From: Parasitella parasitica NRRL 2501 | Lineage: Eukaryota; Fungi; Mucoromycota | DNA length: 64,000 nucleotides | Assembly (NCBI GenBank): GCA_025201805.1 | Contig: MU619293.1 | Location: 123,823 to 187,822 of the forward strand | Reading direction: 5' to 3' | Shown here: positions 50,611 to 61,847 of the stretch, piece after piece | How positions within the stretch are numbered: position 1 is the first letter of the stretch | How the letters are laid out: each line of letters begins with the position of its first letter | The notes under the pieces: generated by a model | Told to the model about the DNA's origin: nothing | Database searches by the model: none | What the model saw: only the letters and a program-made list of their open reading frames with translations | Program-made: the position numbers and the translations under genes

Positions 50611-52307
50611 ATGGATGTTCACAAACGGCATTCAATAATTGAACGAATTCAAGAACAATCTTCATTCACTGTATTTCAGCCAACCTTTTTCAGTTCATCT
50701 TTCGAGCCAGAATCACTTGAAGATTTTGATTTTGAATCTGCACCTATGAATCATTTCCCTATACGTAAAGAAGATGAACAAGATCCCATTCACCAATCTT
50801 CTGGTTTAACTTCCAACTCAAATGTTACTAGCTATGCTAGTACTGCACCCATCTTACAGCATCAACATCAACTGCAACAACAATATCATCCTTCAAAACA
50901 TAATCAAACTCTGAGCCCTGCCACAGAAGAATACAGCCTTCATACTTTAGATACAGCGGGAGTAATTGCAGAAGCAGAGCCAGAGCCAGAGCCAATACCA
51001 AAACCAGTACCAGCAGAAGATTCGCAAGAAATTTTGAATTTAAAACCTATATCTACTCAGCAACAAGAACAACAACAGGAACAGCAGCCTCGATATATAT
51101 TGAGAAACCAGCCTTACCGTAACTATCAAATTTTCCCGGGAAGCACTAGATTTCTTTTAGGTGGAAGATTAGTGACAAGTCGAGACTATCGGGCCTTTAT
51201 TGCTGCATTATTCATATTGATCTCCCCTACTGTATTATTTGCTGTTTTCACGTATGTAAATTTATACAGTCTCGAGACACCATATTTATCAACTTTGTTT
51301 ATTTGTTTCTTTTAGTTGCCCATTCTTGTGGAATCAAGTCCACCCTGCGGTGCCTATTGTGTTTGCGTATCTCTTTGTACTTTCTTTGATTTCCATGCTG
51401 AAGACTTCTTGGACTGATCCAGGGGTAAGCTTATGATCAAATCCGTTGCCAAAGCTCTCACTCATTGATTCTGTAGATTATTCCTCGAAATTTAGATCCA
51501 ATTGTACAAGATATACTGGATGAAAGCGCCAGCGTTGTTTCAGTACCACAAAAAGAGATTTGGATCAAGAATACATCTTATTCATTAAAATACTGTGATA
51601 CCTGTCTTATTTATCGTCCCCCTCGAGCCAGTCATTGCAGACAATGTAATAATTGTGTTGGTATGTATATAAGCTTCTATTGTGCATAATCTGTTTATCG
51701 GTTAACATGCTTTATCAACACAGAATTCGAGGACCACCACTGTGCTTGGCTCAACAATTGTGTTGGAAAACGAAATTATCGATCATTTTTTACGTTTATA
51801 CTAAGCTCTGCTTTGCTTTGCATCTTCGTTATCTGTTCTGCTATTTATCAATTATTGTATATTGCAAAGAATGAACCACAACCCACCGATTTTGGCACTA
51901 TATTCTCAAAAGCACCTGTAAGCTTCGTACTCTCTATCTATTGCTTCGTATTACTGTGGCTCGTCGGTGGCCTAACATTATATCATTGTTCCCTGATTCT
52001 TCGTGGAGTGACGACGCACGAACAGGTATTGAACTTTTTTGCATTCACAACTTTTTGATATAGTTATTTATTCATATCATGTAAATAGATACGAGTAGAT
52101 ATCATCAAGGCGAAGTATCCTGAATTACGTACAAATCCATACAGTAAAAAGAGCCCTTTAAAAAACATACTCCAGGTTTTATGTCAACCTCAGCCTAAAA
52201 GGTAAAAATATAAATAGAATTTCGAGATTCTTTTATTAACAATGCTCAAACATAGCTATTTGCGAAGACGCAAAATGGCAGATCCAGTCATTGAAAAACT
52301 TTCTTAA
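50611..52307 (+). CDS. ERF2: DHHC palmitoyltransferase, Erf2/ZDHHC9-like, multi-exon
   Basis: RNYQIFPGSTRFLLGGRL, TSWTDPG/IIPR, KYCDTCLIYRPPRASHCRQCNNCV/EFEDHHCAWLNNCVGKRNYR, TTHEQ. Confidence 0.9.
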
Positions 52308-53172
52308 TTAAATTTGTGCACCTACCCTCGCTAGTGTAATTTATAAAATGCCTCCCCTCCTAAATCCTAATCACCTTTGCCTTTCTAAAATATTAACTTT
52401 ATTTCTCTGATACATCACCTATATACCGCATATCATAATAATAAACAGTTACTTTGTATAATAAACTGCAACTGCATAATATATCAGTGCAAAGTAGTAG
52501 CTCATTTTAGCCAATCGGGATTTTTGTCCAAGAAGTATACAACAGTGTGCAATCAAACGGTATTTACAAGTGGCGGCTACCATATAAAAAACTTAAAACT
52601 TTGAAAGTGCAAATTGTGCATTTCAAAAAGTAGCAACAAAGTTTACAAGAGAGTCAAGGTTCTGAGCAAGATTGACCACCAGATGAATATCTTCTTCGCT
52701 AATGTATTTCCAGAAGAGGTAGATATTTTTTTAATTCTATCGCTGCTATACATCATGATGTTTCGATAATCTCTAATGAAATTTGATGGAATTGATGAAT
52801 TTGAAAGCGATGATGGGGAGGCCGGGAATGCGACTTCTAGAGATGGTTAAAATAAATCCAAATGAGAGTGTACATGCCATCCAATATAAAATGCTGTTTA
52901 TCAAAACATAACATTATTATCTTTGCAAAATGTGATACTAAGCTATCGAAATGAGATCTGATTAGAACTACTATTCAGAGAAAATATGCGATATCTGACT
53001 GAGAAGCTTTGTTCTTGTTTCTTTGGCCACATAATCCTTGCCATAAGATCTATCACCATTCACGTTTTCATGAATCTGGACTCAGGCTGACTAATAGAAA
53101 CCGTCCATCAGGCACCCTAATATTTTTCTTTTTCACGTTGCTTATTCGGCACCATTCTCTCTTTTCAGAAGC

Positions 53173-54648
53173 ATGAGCATCGATTTCATGAATGGAAAAC
53201 CTTCGGCCGATATTTTACCAACAAAATTATTTGCTCAAGCAGCCCAAAAAGCCTTTAATGCACCCGATGCAGCAAATAATGTGCTACAAGTAACGTACTC
53301 TTGCATCTGTAGTTTGCAGCACTTGTTGATAAATGTGATTTGCGTAGTATGGTGATGAATTGGGGCATCCTGCATTTCTAAGGAACTTGGCCGAGTTTCT
53401 TTCAACAGAATACGGATCACATGTATTAAGGTAATATGTTCACAAACATGCTCAAGTACACACACTCGTAACAAAAAGTCTGGAGTATTTAGCCGTCATT
53501 TATGCGCAACACCTGGAGCTTCTCTTTCGTTGCAGCATATGCTGTCAATGTTAACCCGCCCCCAAACAGCCACACGCCATGTGTATTTCCAAGACCCTAC
53601 GTATTTTTTAGCATTTGATATTTTCTTGGATGTGGGGTATGCAAGAGATCAGTTTGTAGGCATTGCAGAGGAGGATGACTCAGGGATCAACATTACTATA
53701 TTAGAAGATCATCTGGTCAAGCATCATGTCAGCGAGGAAACTTCTACCATTTCTCAAGAAAAATCCGGTACAATGGTGTTTAACTCTGTTTTATATTGTG
53801 TGCCTACGCACGCCAATCCAACAGGATCCATTTTGTCTGATAAGAAGAGAGAGAAACTGGTACAGTTAGCAAGAAAGTACAATATGCTGATCATATGCGA
53901 TGATGTCTATGATATCCTGACATTTGAAGGAGAAATACCAAAGAGGTTGGTAGCATATGATTTGGAAAGTGCTGACGAAAATGCCAAGCATGTCGTAATA
54001 AGCAATGGCTCTTTTTCAAAAATACTTGCACCTGGCTCAAGAGTAGGCTGGATTGAAGCCGGTGAGACGATTATAAAGCAAGTTGGAGCATGGTATGCTA
54101 TCAAAAATTGCCTTGCTTGTATCGTCCACTAACGCTCTCTTTTTGTTGTGCAGTGGCTCGTTTATGTCAGGCGGCTCACCTTCCCACCTTTGTAAGTTTT
54201 TCCGTTAAACCCTAGGCTTATGTAACCATTAGCTAATAACTGGCACAATATAGCAAGCCAAATCATCAATGAAATGCTATTAGACAATTCTCTCCATCAA
54301 CATGTGGAATTCCTTAGAAATACGCACGCTAATAGACTGTACCAAGGATTATATGAGCCAATCCAGCGGGAACTTGTGCCTTTGGGCTGCTCAATTGACA
54401 TTAGACCTAAAGGAGGCTACTTTGTGTGGTTAAGGGTCCCAATCCCAGGAAGTCAGTTGATGAGCATCACAAGACAACACAACATTGACGTTGGCGTAGG
54501 CCTAGGAACCCTATTTACTGTTACTAAAAGCAGTGAGGATGACTTTTATGTTCGTTTATCTTTTGCGCATTACGATACCAAGATGTTACAATTGGGTATA
54601 ATCCGTTTAAAACAAGCTCTTTTGATTGGACAGTCGACCCTTTTTTGA
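53173..54648 (+). CDS. PLP-dependent class I/II aminotransferase (YER152C/Aro8-like), multi-exon
   Basis: IDFMNGKPS..LP, TPGAS, DPTYFLA, VPTHANPTG, CDDVYD, SNGSFSKILAPGSRVGW (PLP-binding Lys), GGYFVW, RLSFA. Confidence 0.88.
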
Positions 54649-54966
54649 TTCAGGGCACATTACTCTCTGCTGTACCTGTGTGTCAGACTGATATCACTTG
54701 TATCTACTGGACAAACTGCTACTGGTTTATAATGTTTAATAGGTAAAATAAATTATAGTGGATAAATACATAATAAGGAAAAAGGTGGTATACTATGTAA
54801 AAAGTGAACATGCATATGGTTAGAGCGACACCATTATTAAATTAAGGGTCAAAGATATCAAGTAAGAATCAAGGGTTTTTTTTTATCTAGTTACACACTG
54901 TGAATATTCGCACACACATCCCTGAGGTTAGTTGTATAAGTTCATGAGAAAAAGGGATTGCTTGAC

Positions 54967-55982
54967 TTAGAAACTCGTTGCCAACAGCATACTATCGCTT
55001 TGTTGATGTATCGGCAGGTCTTGTTCACTTATAACACAATTAGTCGTATTATAATCGCTGGAATAATTGTAGCTATTTTCGGTTCTTTGACGTGCTTGCA
55101 AAATAGCACACAGATCGTCCAAATCTTGGCCACCAGACATGAAATCTAAACTTGCAGCATAATGATCAAAGTTACTAGGAGTGGGTGTAGACCAAGGGAT
55201 CTGATCTGGCTGATAAGTTGCCTGTTGAACGGATACATCTTCCAGGCCGTTGAATGACGAAGAGGAAGAAGAGGAGGAGCAAGAGATAGTGGGCGAGGCA
55301 ATAAAGCTTGTATGGTCAGGAGCTTTAGGATTTCCAGGCATAAACGAAGCTTGGTACTTGCGCAAAGTTTGCGGCTCTTGCGTGGCTCTTCTTCTTGCTG
55401 ATTGCATTGTGGGTTGATCCATAACCACCACAACTGGCGCAGGGATAATTTCAGCAGCCAAACTAGGCGAATGAATGGGCGAAATCAGCTCTTGTTGTTC
55501 AAAATCGAGGCTATTCAGTTGGTGCATCTGTTTTTCTAACCTCATGTTGCACTGCCTCAATTCTTTATTTTGTTGGCGCAATTGGTCTATTTCGGCTTTC
55601 CATTCATCCATCAGCTTGGCCTTCTTTTCCAGCTCTTTTACATAGCGTTCTCTGCGCTGACGAAACGCACGCTGAGCAGCTCTATTTTGAGCTGCTCTTT
55701 TGGAAGGGATTACAGCTCTGGGTCCCGCACTGTGACGATACATGAGAGATGGCTGATGAGAATTCAATGGCCTGCGGTTAATGCTATCACTGGGCTGATT
55801 AATATTCATCCCTTTTGTTTGCTCTGGGTGGCAAACCGCAGAATCTAAAAGAGATTCACATTAGTAAACCCGGCAAGATTTGAATTGCTATAAGCTCACG
55901 TACTCGCATACCAGAGGGAGTCATTGGAGTGACCAGAAACGGTGATACAATCATGACTATGGGCTGGAGAAAGAGGGTTCAT
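54967..55982 (-). CDS. AP-1/Yap-type bZIP transcription factor
   Basis: SKRAAQNRAAQRAFRQRRERYVKELE plus zipper. A probable short first exon starts at ATG 55982 (start tentative). Confidence 0.82.
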
Positions 55983-56733
55983 TGACGTTATTCTTATACT
56001 GAATTTTTATACTATACCATGAATTGAATGATCCCAATGATATGGGTCATTTACAATAGCAGAGGTAGAGGTTAGAGCAGCCACGTTGTTAGTGTGGTAC
56101 ATGGGCACATCGTTATTTGGTTTTGTAGTAGCGTACATGGTAAATTGAGAGATTTATGAAGAAATGGAAAAAAGAAGAAATGAAAAACAGATGAAACGCA
56201 ATTGCTTTTATATCATGTTGGATATCTTGGGTTACCTATCCAGAAAATGTCACCTTATTCAATGGGGGGGGGAGGAGAATGGGAATACAATACACAATAG
56301 CGGTAAACGCCTACCATATTGTGGTTTACCCTACTTTACCCATGGTAACCAAGTAGTACGGATATTATTATCGATACATCAAAACTGAATATTTCCAAGA
56401 ACACACTAATAAGGAAACGTACGCACAAGACCCTTTTTTTTATTACCATATCATGCAATTGAACAGTAAGAGCGGGGAACTATGGCCATGATATAAAGGA
56501 TGATACATCATTTACATGCAAATAATCTAGAGTGATTTTCAGACGAGAACAGTTTCAAATTATAAACTTGTAGATATGATAGAAAAAAGCTCATTTAGTT
56601 CCGAGTTTTCATGCCAAAATAAAATAATGAAACACAATCAAAAAACGACCCTTTTACCCATCACATACATATTACTATGCAATTTATGAAGAAGAGTTTT
56701 TTGAAGAGACCCTTTTTTTTTTTTTTTTTTTTT

Positions 56734-56748
56734 NNNNNNNNNNNNNNN
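56734..56748. other. Assembly gap (N run)
   Basis: n run after a poly-T tract. Confidence 1.
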
Positions 56749-57599
56749 ATGCCTGCAAAAGCACAGCGCTATTTGTCTATGTATTTGTTGAAGGAAGCCA
56801 TAGCAATACATGGAATCGTGCTTCCTATAAATGATGACATTTGAATATACGAGATTCAAAAGCAATATTTAGATCTGAACATAAAACATATACTCTTTTC
56901 ACAGGTGATCCATAAACAATAATCTAAAACACTTCATCAGCAAGATAAACACAAAACAGCCAAAAATTCCCATGCGGCTATTTCAAGCAAAAGAAAAAGG
57001 GAGGACTCACAGGGAAAGAGAACCCTTCTTTCCTGTACTACATTTGACCATGTGCTGGAAGGTCTCCAGGCTCTCAGCTTCAAGTTTTTCTTTCAAGAAA
57101 CACTATTTTATGGTGACCGTGAGCAAAATATACATAGTCGTTGAAGCTTAGAAAATGGCTACAAGACAATTAGTATACAATGTAACACATGCTTACATTA
57201 ATGAAATATTGCAACTGTCCGCGGGATTTGGACATTGTCCATGTTGTCATTATTGCTTTAATTAGCACAAAAAGAAATGCGGTACGAGGTTGGCAACATG
57301 TTTTAAGTATACGCAAATAGCAAACAACGCAGTTCACTTGCTATCAACTAAATGGAGTCAAAGAAATTCCCAAGCATATATACCTCGAAGTAAGTATGCA
57401 TCAAAAGAGCTAATCGCTAGGATTTCTTAACTGTACCCTCTACAGGGTGGTGACAAGATATTCTCATTTTGGTAACATCTATTCACAGCGGCGCAAAGAT
57501 GTTCATCAAGACAAGCAAACGGCCTAGTTTCGTAAGTACAAGGAATGGATTATTAGCGGAAGCAGGAACGGAAGGTAGCGTTGTGGCGTCAAGATATAC

Positions 57600-57880
57600 A
57601 CTCTGGCCAGCGTTTCTGGAGGACCAGTTGTAGAATCCGAGTACCCAATACATAAAAGTCCTCCCTAGTGAAAGGGTAAGAAAAATTTACCGTTACGCAG
57701 TATTAGAGATTTGCAGTTCCAGTCGAACTGCTATGTGCACGTCTTCATATTGTCAATGGATCTTTTGGTGAGTTGAAATAGGTAAAGAAATATACCATAT
57801 CTTGGGTAAAATTAAGCTGTTAGTTACCGTGACCTCGCCAAGAATTGACAGCTCTCGCCCATTTCTTAACAGACGAAATT
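57600..57880 (-). pseudogene. Degenerate LINE (L1/Tx1-type) ORF2 C-terminal fragment
   Basis: GRELSILGEVTVTNSLILPKIWY and, after a frameshift, REDFYVLGTRILQLVLQKRWP. These resemble the post-RT motifs RxLSxxGRxxxxNSLILSKLW and GGLGVLDxxxQxxALQxRW. Confidence 0.65.
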
Positions 57881-58489
57881 GGTATCTCTTTGATTGAGAT
57901 TTCAGCATGAGCAAAAGCAAATTACAGATCCAAGTAAGCCCCAGATCGCCGCTAGGACTCGACGACCAGTAATAGCGCCACCATCATCCAAATTACGCTT
58001 CAAGCTTTTTCTTATCCTTCGTTGCCCACACGGTCGACAAGGCATTAGAATCCTGGATTGTCGTATTGCTATATGTTGTTGCGGCTTCTTGGTCTAATTA
58101 ATACGTTCAAATACCCAGCAGAGACTTCGCTCTTCTCCCGTCAAATTTTTGCATTGTGGTAGCATAGTAGCTTTAAAATTGACTACCTGTATCTGATCTT
58201 GGAAGTTGACTATCGCATCACTTTAGAATGACATGAGAGAAGTGGTGTTTGTAGCATATTTCTTTTTATTTTTGAAGCTCAATATGATATTGACAGTTGA
58301 TGTTTATTTTCTTTGATGTTATTATGGTCGAATTGGTGGAAAGGGTTCAAAATATGGAATGAAAGGCTCTCAATTTGGATTTCATCTAATTAGCAATAGC
58401 AATAACAACATATATATCTTTCGTACAACAAAAACAACAAGAATAACGTCAACAAAATCATCTCTTCAATCACATTCTTTTATTTTAAC

Positions 58490-59890
58490 ATATTACGAAC
58501 TGTCTCCACCCCCCGAACTACGGTGAAAAAAATTTGACCTTTGTTCCAAGGGGGGTAGGTGCACAGCTCACGCCTGCAGCGGGCTATCCCATTTAATGCA
58601 AAGCTAGGTAAACAAAATAAACGAAATCTCATTCTACATGCGAAGTAAGTGTTACAGATTCTTTTTTTTTTTAATATGATTGCTGAAAAACTTCTCGGAA
58701 GACAACATTGTTGGTGAATTTGCCAACTTGATCTTTTATTTCTGAGATTTCGGAAGGAATCATCAACTTCAATGATCCGGGTTTTCGAACACGGGGCAAA
58801 GCTACATATAATTGACCATGACCAAAAACATGGCACGGCAAATACAAACCTACAGAGCTGAGTGTTTGGCCTTGTGCCTTGTTAAGGGTCATGCCAAATG
58901 CTAATCTTATGGGAAATTGAACCCTTTGAAAGTCAACTGGGCATAACCCTTTAGTGGCCAAGATGATAAACTTGATTCTCGGAATCAGAGCTATATCATT
59001 TTTGTTTGGGCCAGTAGCAATGGTAGCTTCAATAACATTTGTTTTCGGCGATTTGACAATCAATCTTGTGCCATTGCAAATGCCAGCGGCAGGGTCAATG
59101 TTTCGAATAACCATTATTGGGGAGCCAATTTTCAGATCGAGTTGATAGGGTGGCAGCGAACCATTCTCTATGGTATTCAAAATCTCCACTGGCATCTCTA
59201 TCTGGCGTTCTTCATCTAAAGTGCGATAATGGCTAACATAGGATATTGTATGACCTGGAAGACATTGTAAGAGCAGATTGTTGATGACTTTGACATCTTT
59301 GTTCTTTGCAGTTAAGATAGCCCTTTCAACAAAATACTCGGGAAGCTGTAGTCTCCAAATTTGTAGGGTTTCTTGCAGAGTTTCTGTTAGTAGTACGCAA
59401 ATGCCCTTCTCGTCCACAATGGCGACATACGACAGGAGTCGTATACGTTGAGTTGGTAGCATTATTGAGGTAAGCATCCAAATTATTAAGGTTCCCACCA
59501 CAATTCCAATGAATGGACCTGATATGTCCTTCTCTACCACACAAAGGGCAAGTGACAATCAATGGGGTATTTATTGGGTTCATGGCACACTCTCTGTGAG
59601 TGATTCGGCTATGGCCCTCTCTTCCACAAGATAAACAGACAATAACTACTCAACAGCGAAATTATATGTTTATTAAATACTCGCTATTCTATGGTATAAA
59701 CGTACTCTCTTCAGCTAGGTTGTTCCCGTTACTTGAGTTCATGGGACAATCTCTATGAGTTCTTCTTCTATGACCCTCTCCTCCGCAAGATGAACATCTA
59801 ACAGCTACTACTCGATCTGAAAATTAATTTTAGAAGCTCATAAAAATTATGCTGTATCCTACTCTCTTCTGTGCTATTCGAACTGAGCAT
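58490..59890 (-). mobile_element. Internally deleted (non-autonomous) Helitron: N-terminal zinc-knuckle repeats adjoining the C-terminal half of a Pif1 helicase
   Basis: RAILTAKN..LPPYQLDLKIGSPIMVIRNIDP..GICNGTRL..RVQFPIRLAFGMTLNKAQGQTL..VFGHGQLYVALPRV..NVVFREV is the Helitron Pif1 C-terminus. No Walker A or HUH Rep motifs. Four CxxCGxEGHxR repeats lie upstream; the 3' hairpin is at 58505-58560. Confidence 0.85.
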
Positions 59891-60312
59891 ATTAAGATTT
59901 CTTAAAAGATCAGAAGTATATTTCGGCCCTGAATTAACTCGATAACTTTTTATTTAAGCAGTGATTTTTGCTTTTTAAGCCCTGGGACTGTGAACTAACT
60001 TGCTAAATACCTAATCATTTTACATAAGTCAGATATTAATTAGAACGGAGTGCACAGCTTAAAAAATCGCCTTTTTTGGATTTCGAATCTCCTAATTTGG
60101 TTGATTCAAGCTATTTCGCCCGACTTTCAACATGATTTACTCTGTTGAAAGAGCTCTTATTTCAAATCAAAATACACGACCATTCATTTCACGCTTTGCA
60201 CGCTTTGTTGCATACGCTCATATTTTTTTTTATAGTTTTTTAAAGCTTCTATATATTTTTAATTAGTTTTTGAAAATGAGATATACTTGATTTAACGCCG
60301 ACTTCTCAAAAA

Positions 60313-61842
60313 TTGGATTCGAAACTTGAATGGGAATTACAAAACCAAACAAAGCATTTATACACTTTATTCATGGCTCTTTCCGACAAACAAACATTGA
60401 CTACAGGAAGGAATCTCATTGGTGGAAACACTGGAGATTCTCGCCATAACCCAAACAAACAAAAAGACCCAATGCGCTCATACGCACAGGTAATCAAGTC
60501 TAATCAAGCAAGGGATTGCTTTGATTTAGGACGCAGGACAGCAGCTGAAATAGGAGAACTGTCTGAGGGTGGAAAACTGTACATCCACGCCAAGGATAAA
60601 AACTCCATAGTAATTGACGGTGCTCAGTTTACTGAGGCAAATGTCAATTTTAAGGAACTCGGCGTTCTACTTCGGGAGCAATACCCGGAAGCACTTGGAC
60701 TTCGCATTCGTAATGCAACCAAAGGCACTCACTACTTCGAAATCAATTTTCGTACAGCAGCAGCCAGGGAAGAGGCCCTGAAGAAAGATTTTGCTTACAA
60801 AGACAAGAAGGTGACTGTCAGTCGAACCTTCCCCAAGGATGCTACTATCATTCGAGTTAGTATCAGTGATCTACCCTTTGAGGACGAGGCCATCCTCAAG
60901 GAACATATGAGCGATATCTTTAAATACTATGGTGAAATTCTGGAAATGGGTCTACTGTACACTGTACATGGTCACTGGTTCACCGGTCGAGGCTTTGTTA
61001 CTTTGAACAGACTGCCGGGAAAGGACTATAAGGATTTGACACCTCAAATGGAATCTTGGGACGATAATGAAAATCTAACGCTCACGTACACTAACATGAA
61101 GCCTAGTTGTAGTCGCTGTCATGTCACCGATCATGTCTTCGGTAACTGCCCCACAATGATACGTAAGATGAAGAAATGTTACATTTGTGGTCACTCTGAT
61201 CATTTGCAAGCTGGCTGCCCAGAGGCTTGGTGGAACCTCAACAAGATGGCTAAAAAGATTGCCAAACGTAATGCAGCCCATAAGTCGCCCAATCAGCCAA
61301 GTACTCCTGATGACACCACGATTATCAAGGAATCTGCCAATTCTGCTGCTCCCTCTCAGATAGCCTCTAAAGACGACTCGCCAACTATCGTCCAGCAGAT
61401 TGAGGGGTCTACCTCAGAGCATGAAGGACCGTCGAAGGTTGCTGACGGTACGACTTCTACCCAGGCCGATCTGGTGGTAGATCACCATGATGCCCTGGGA
61501 GCTCCCGACCAAATTGACCCGGCTCTCCCGGAGAGTAGCAATGATGCCCACCATCAGGAGGAGAGAGAAGATATGTCTGATGCCGACATGGGCTCTGATG
61601 TTGATGATAGCGACTTGGACATGTTTGAAGCTGCCAAGGAAGCTGAAGAGACCAATGTCTCTATTGAACAAGTTCTGGCCAAACAACGTCTGCTGCTCAA
61701 GAAGGCCAAAAACAAGAAGCAGAAAACGATCAAACAGATGAAAGGTAACAAGGCGTTGGGCCATTCCAGTTTTGGGGCTCGCGTAAGTGGTGGGGTTGCT
61801 AAGGGGCAGAAGCAATCCACCAACACTTCTTTAACGTTATAA
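60313..61842 (+). CDS. LINE ORF1 (gag-like; RRM-like region + two zinc knuckles)
   Basis: 509-aa ORF (first ATG 60374) with IIRVSISDLP..YYGEILEMG..FTGRGFVTL, CSRCHVTDHVFGNC and CYICGHSDHLQAGC (CCHC), then an acidic/basic tail. Confidence 0.88.
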   Translation: MDSKLEWELQNQTKHLYTLFMALSDKQTLTTGRNLIGGNTGDSRHNPNKQKDPMRSYAQVIKSNQARDCFDLGRRTAAEIGELSEGGKLYIHAKDKNSIVIDGAQFTEANVNFKELGVLLREQYPEALGLRIRNATKGTHYFEINFRTAAAREEALKKDFAYKDKKVTVSRTFPKDATIIRVSISDLPFEDEAILKEHMSDIFKYYGEILEMGLLYTVHGHWFTGRGFVTLNRLPGKDYKDLTPQMESWDDNENLTLTYTNMKPSCSRCHVTDHVFGNCPTMIRKMKKCYICGHSDHLQAGCPEAWWNLNKMAKKIAKRNAAHKSPNQPSTPDDTTIIKESANSAAPSQIASKDDSPTIVQQIEGSTSEHEGPSKVADGTTSTQADLVVDHHDALGAPDQIDPALPESSNDAHHQEEREDMSDADMGSDVDDSDLDMFEAAKEAEETNVSIEQVLAKQRLLLKKAKNKKQKTIKQMKGNKALGHSSFGARVSGGVAKGQKQSTNTSLTL

Positions 61843-61847
61843 TTATT

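Noticed and set aside
52560-52850. Possible Harbinger-like C-terminal relic
   Set aside because: Only an acidic stretch, with no catalytic motifs.
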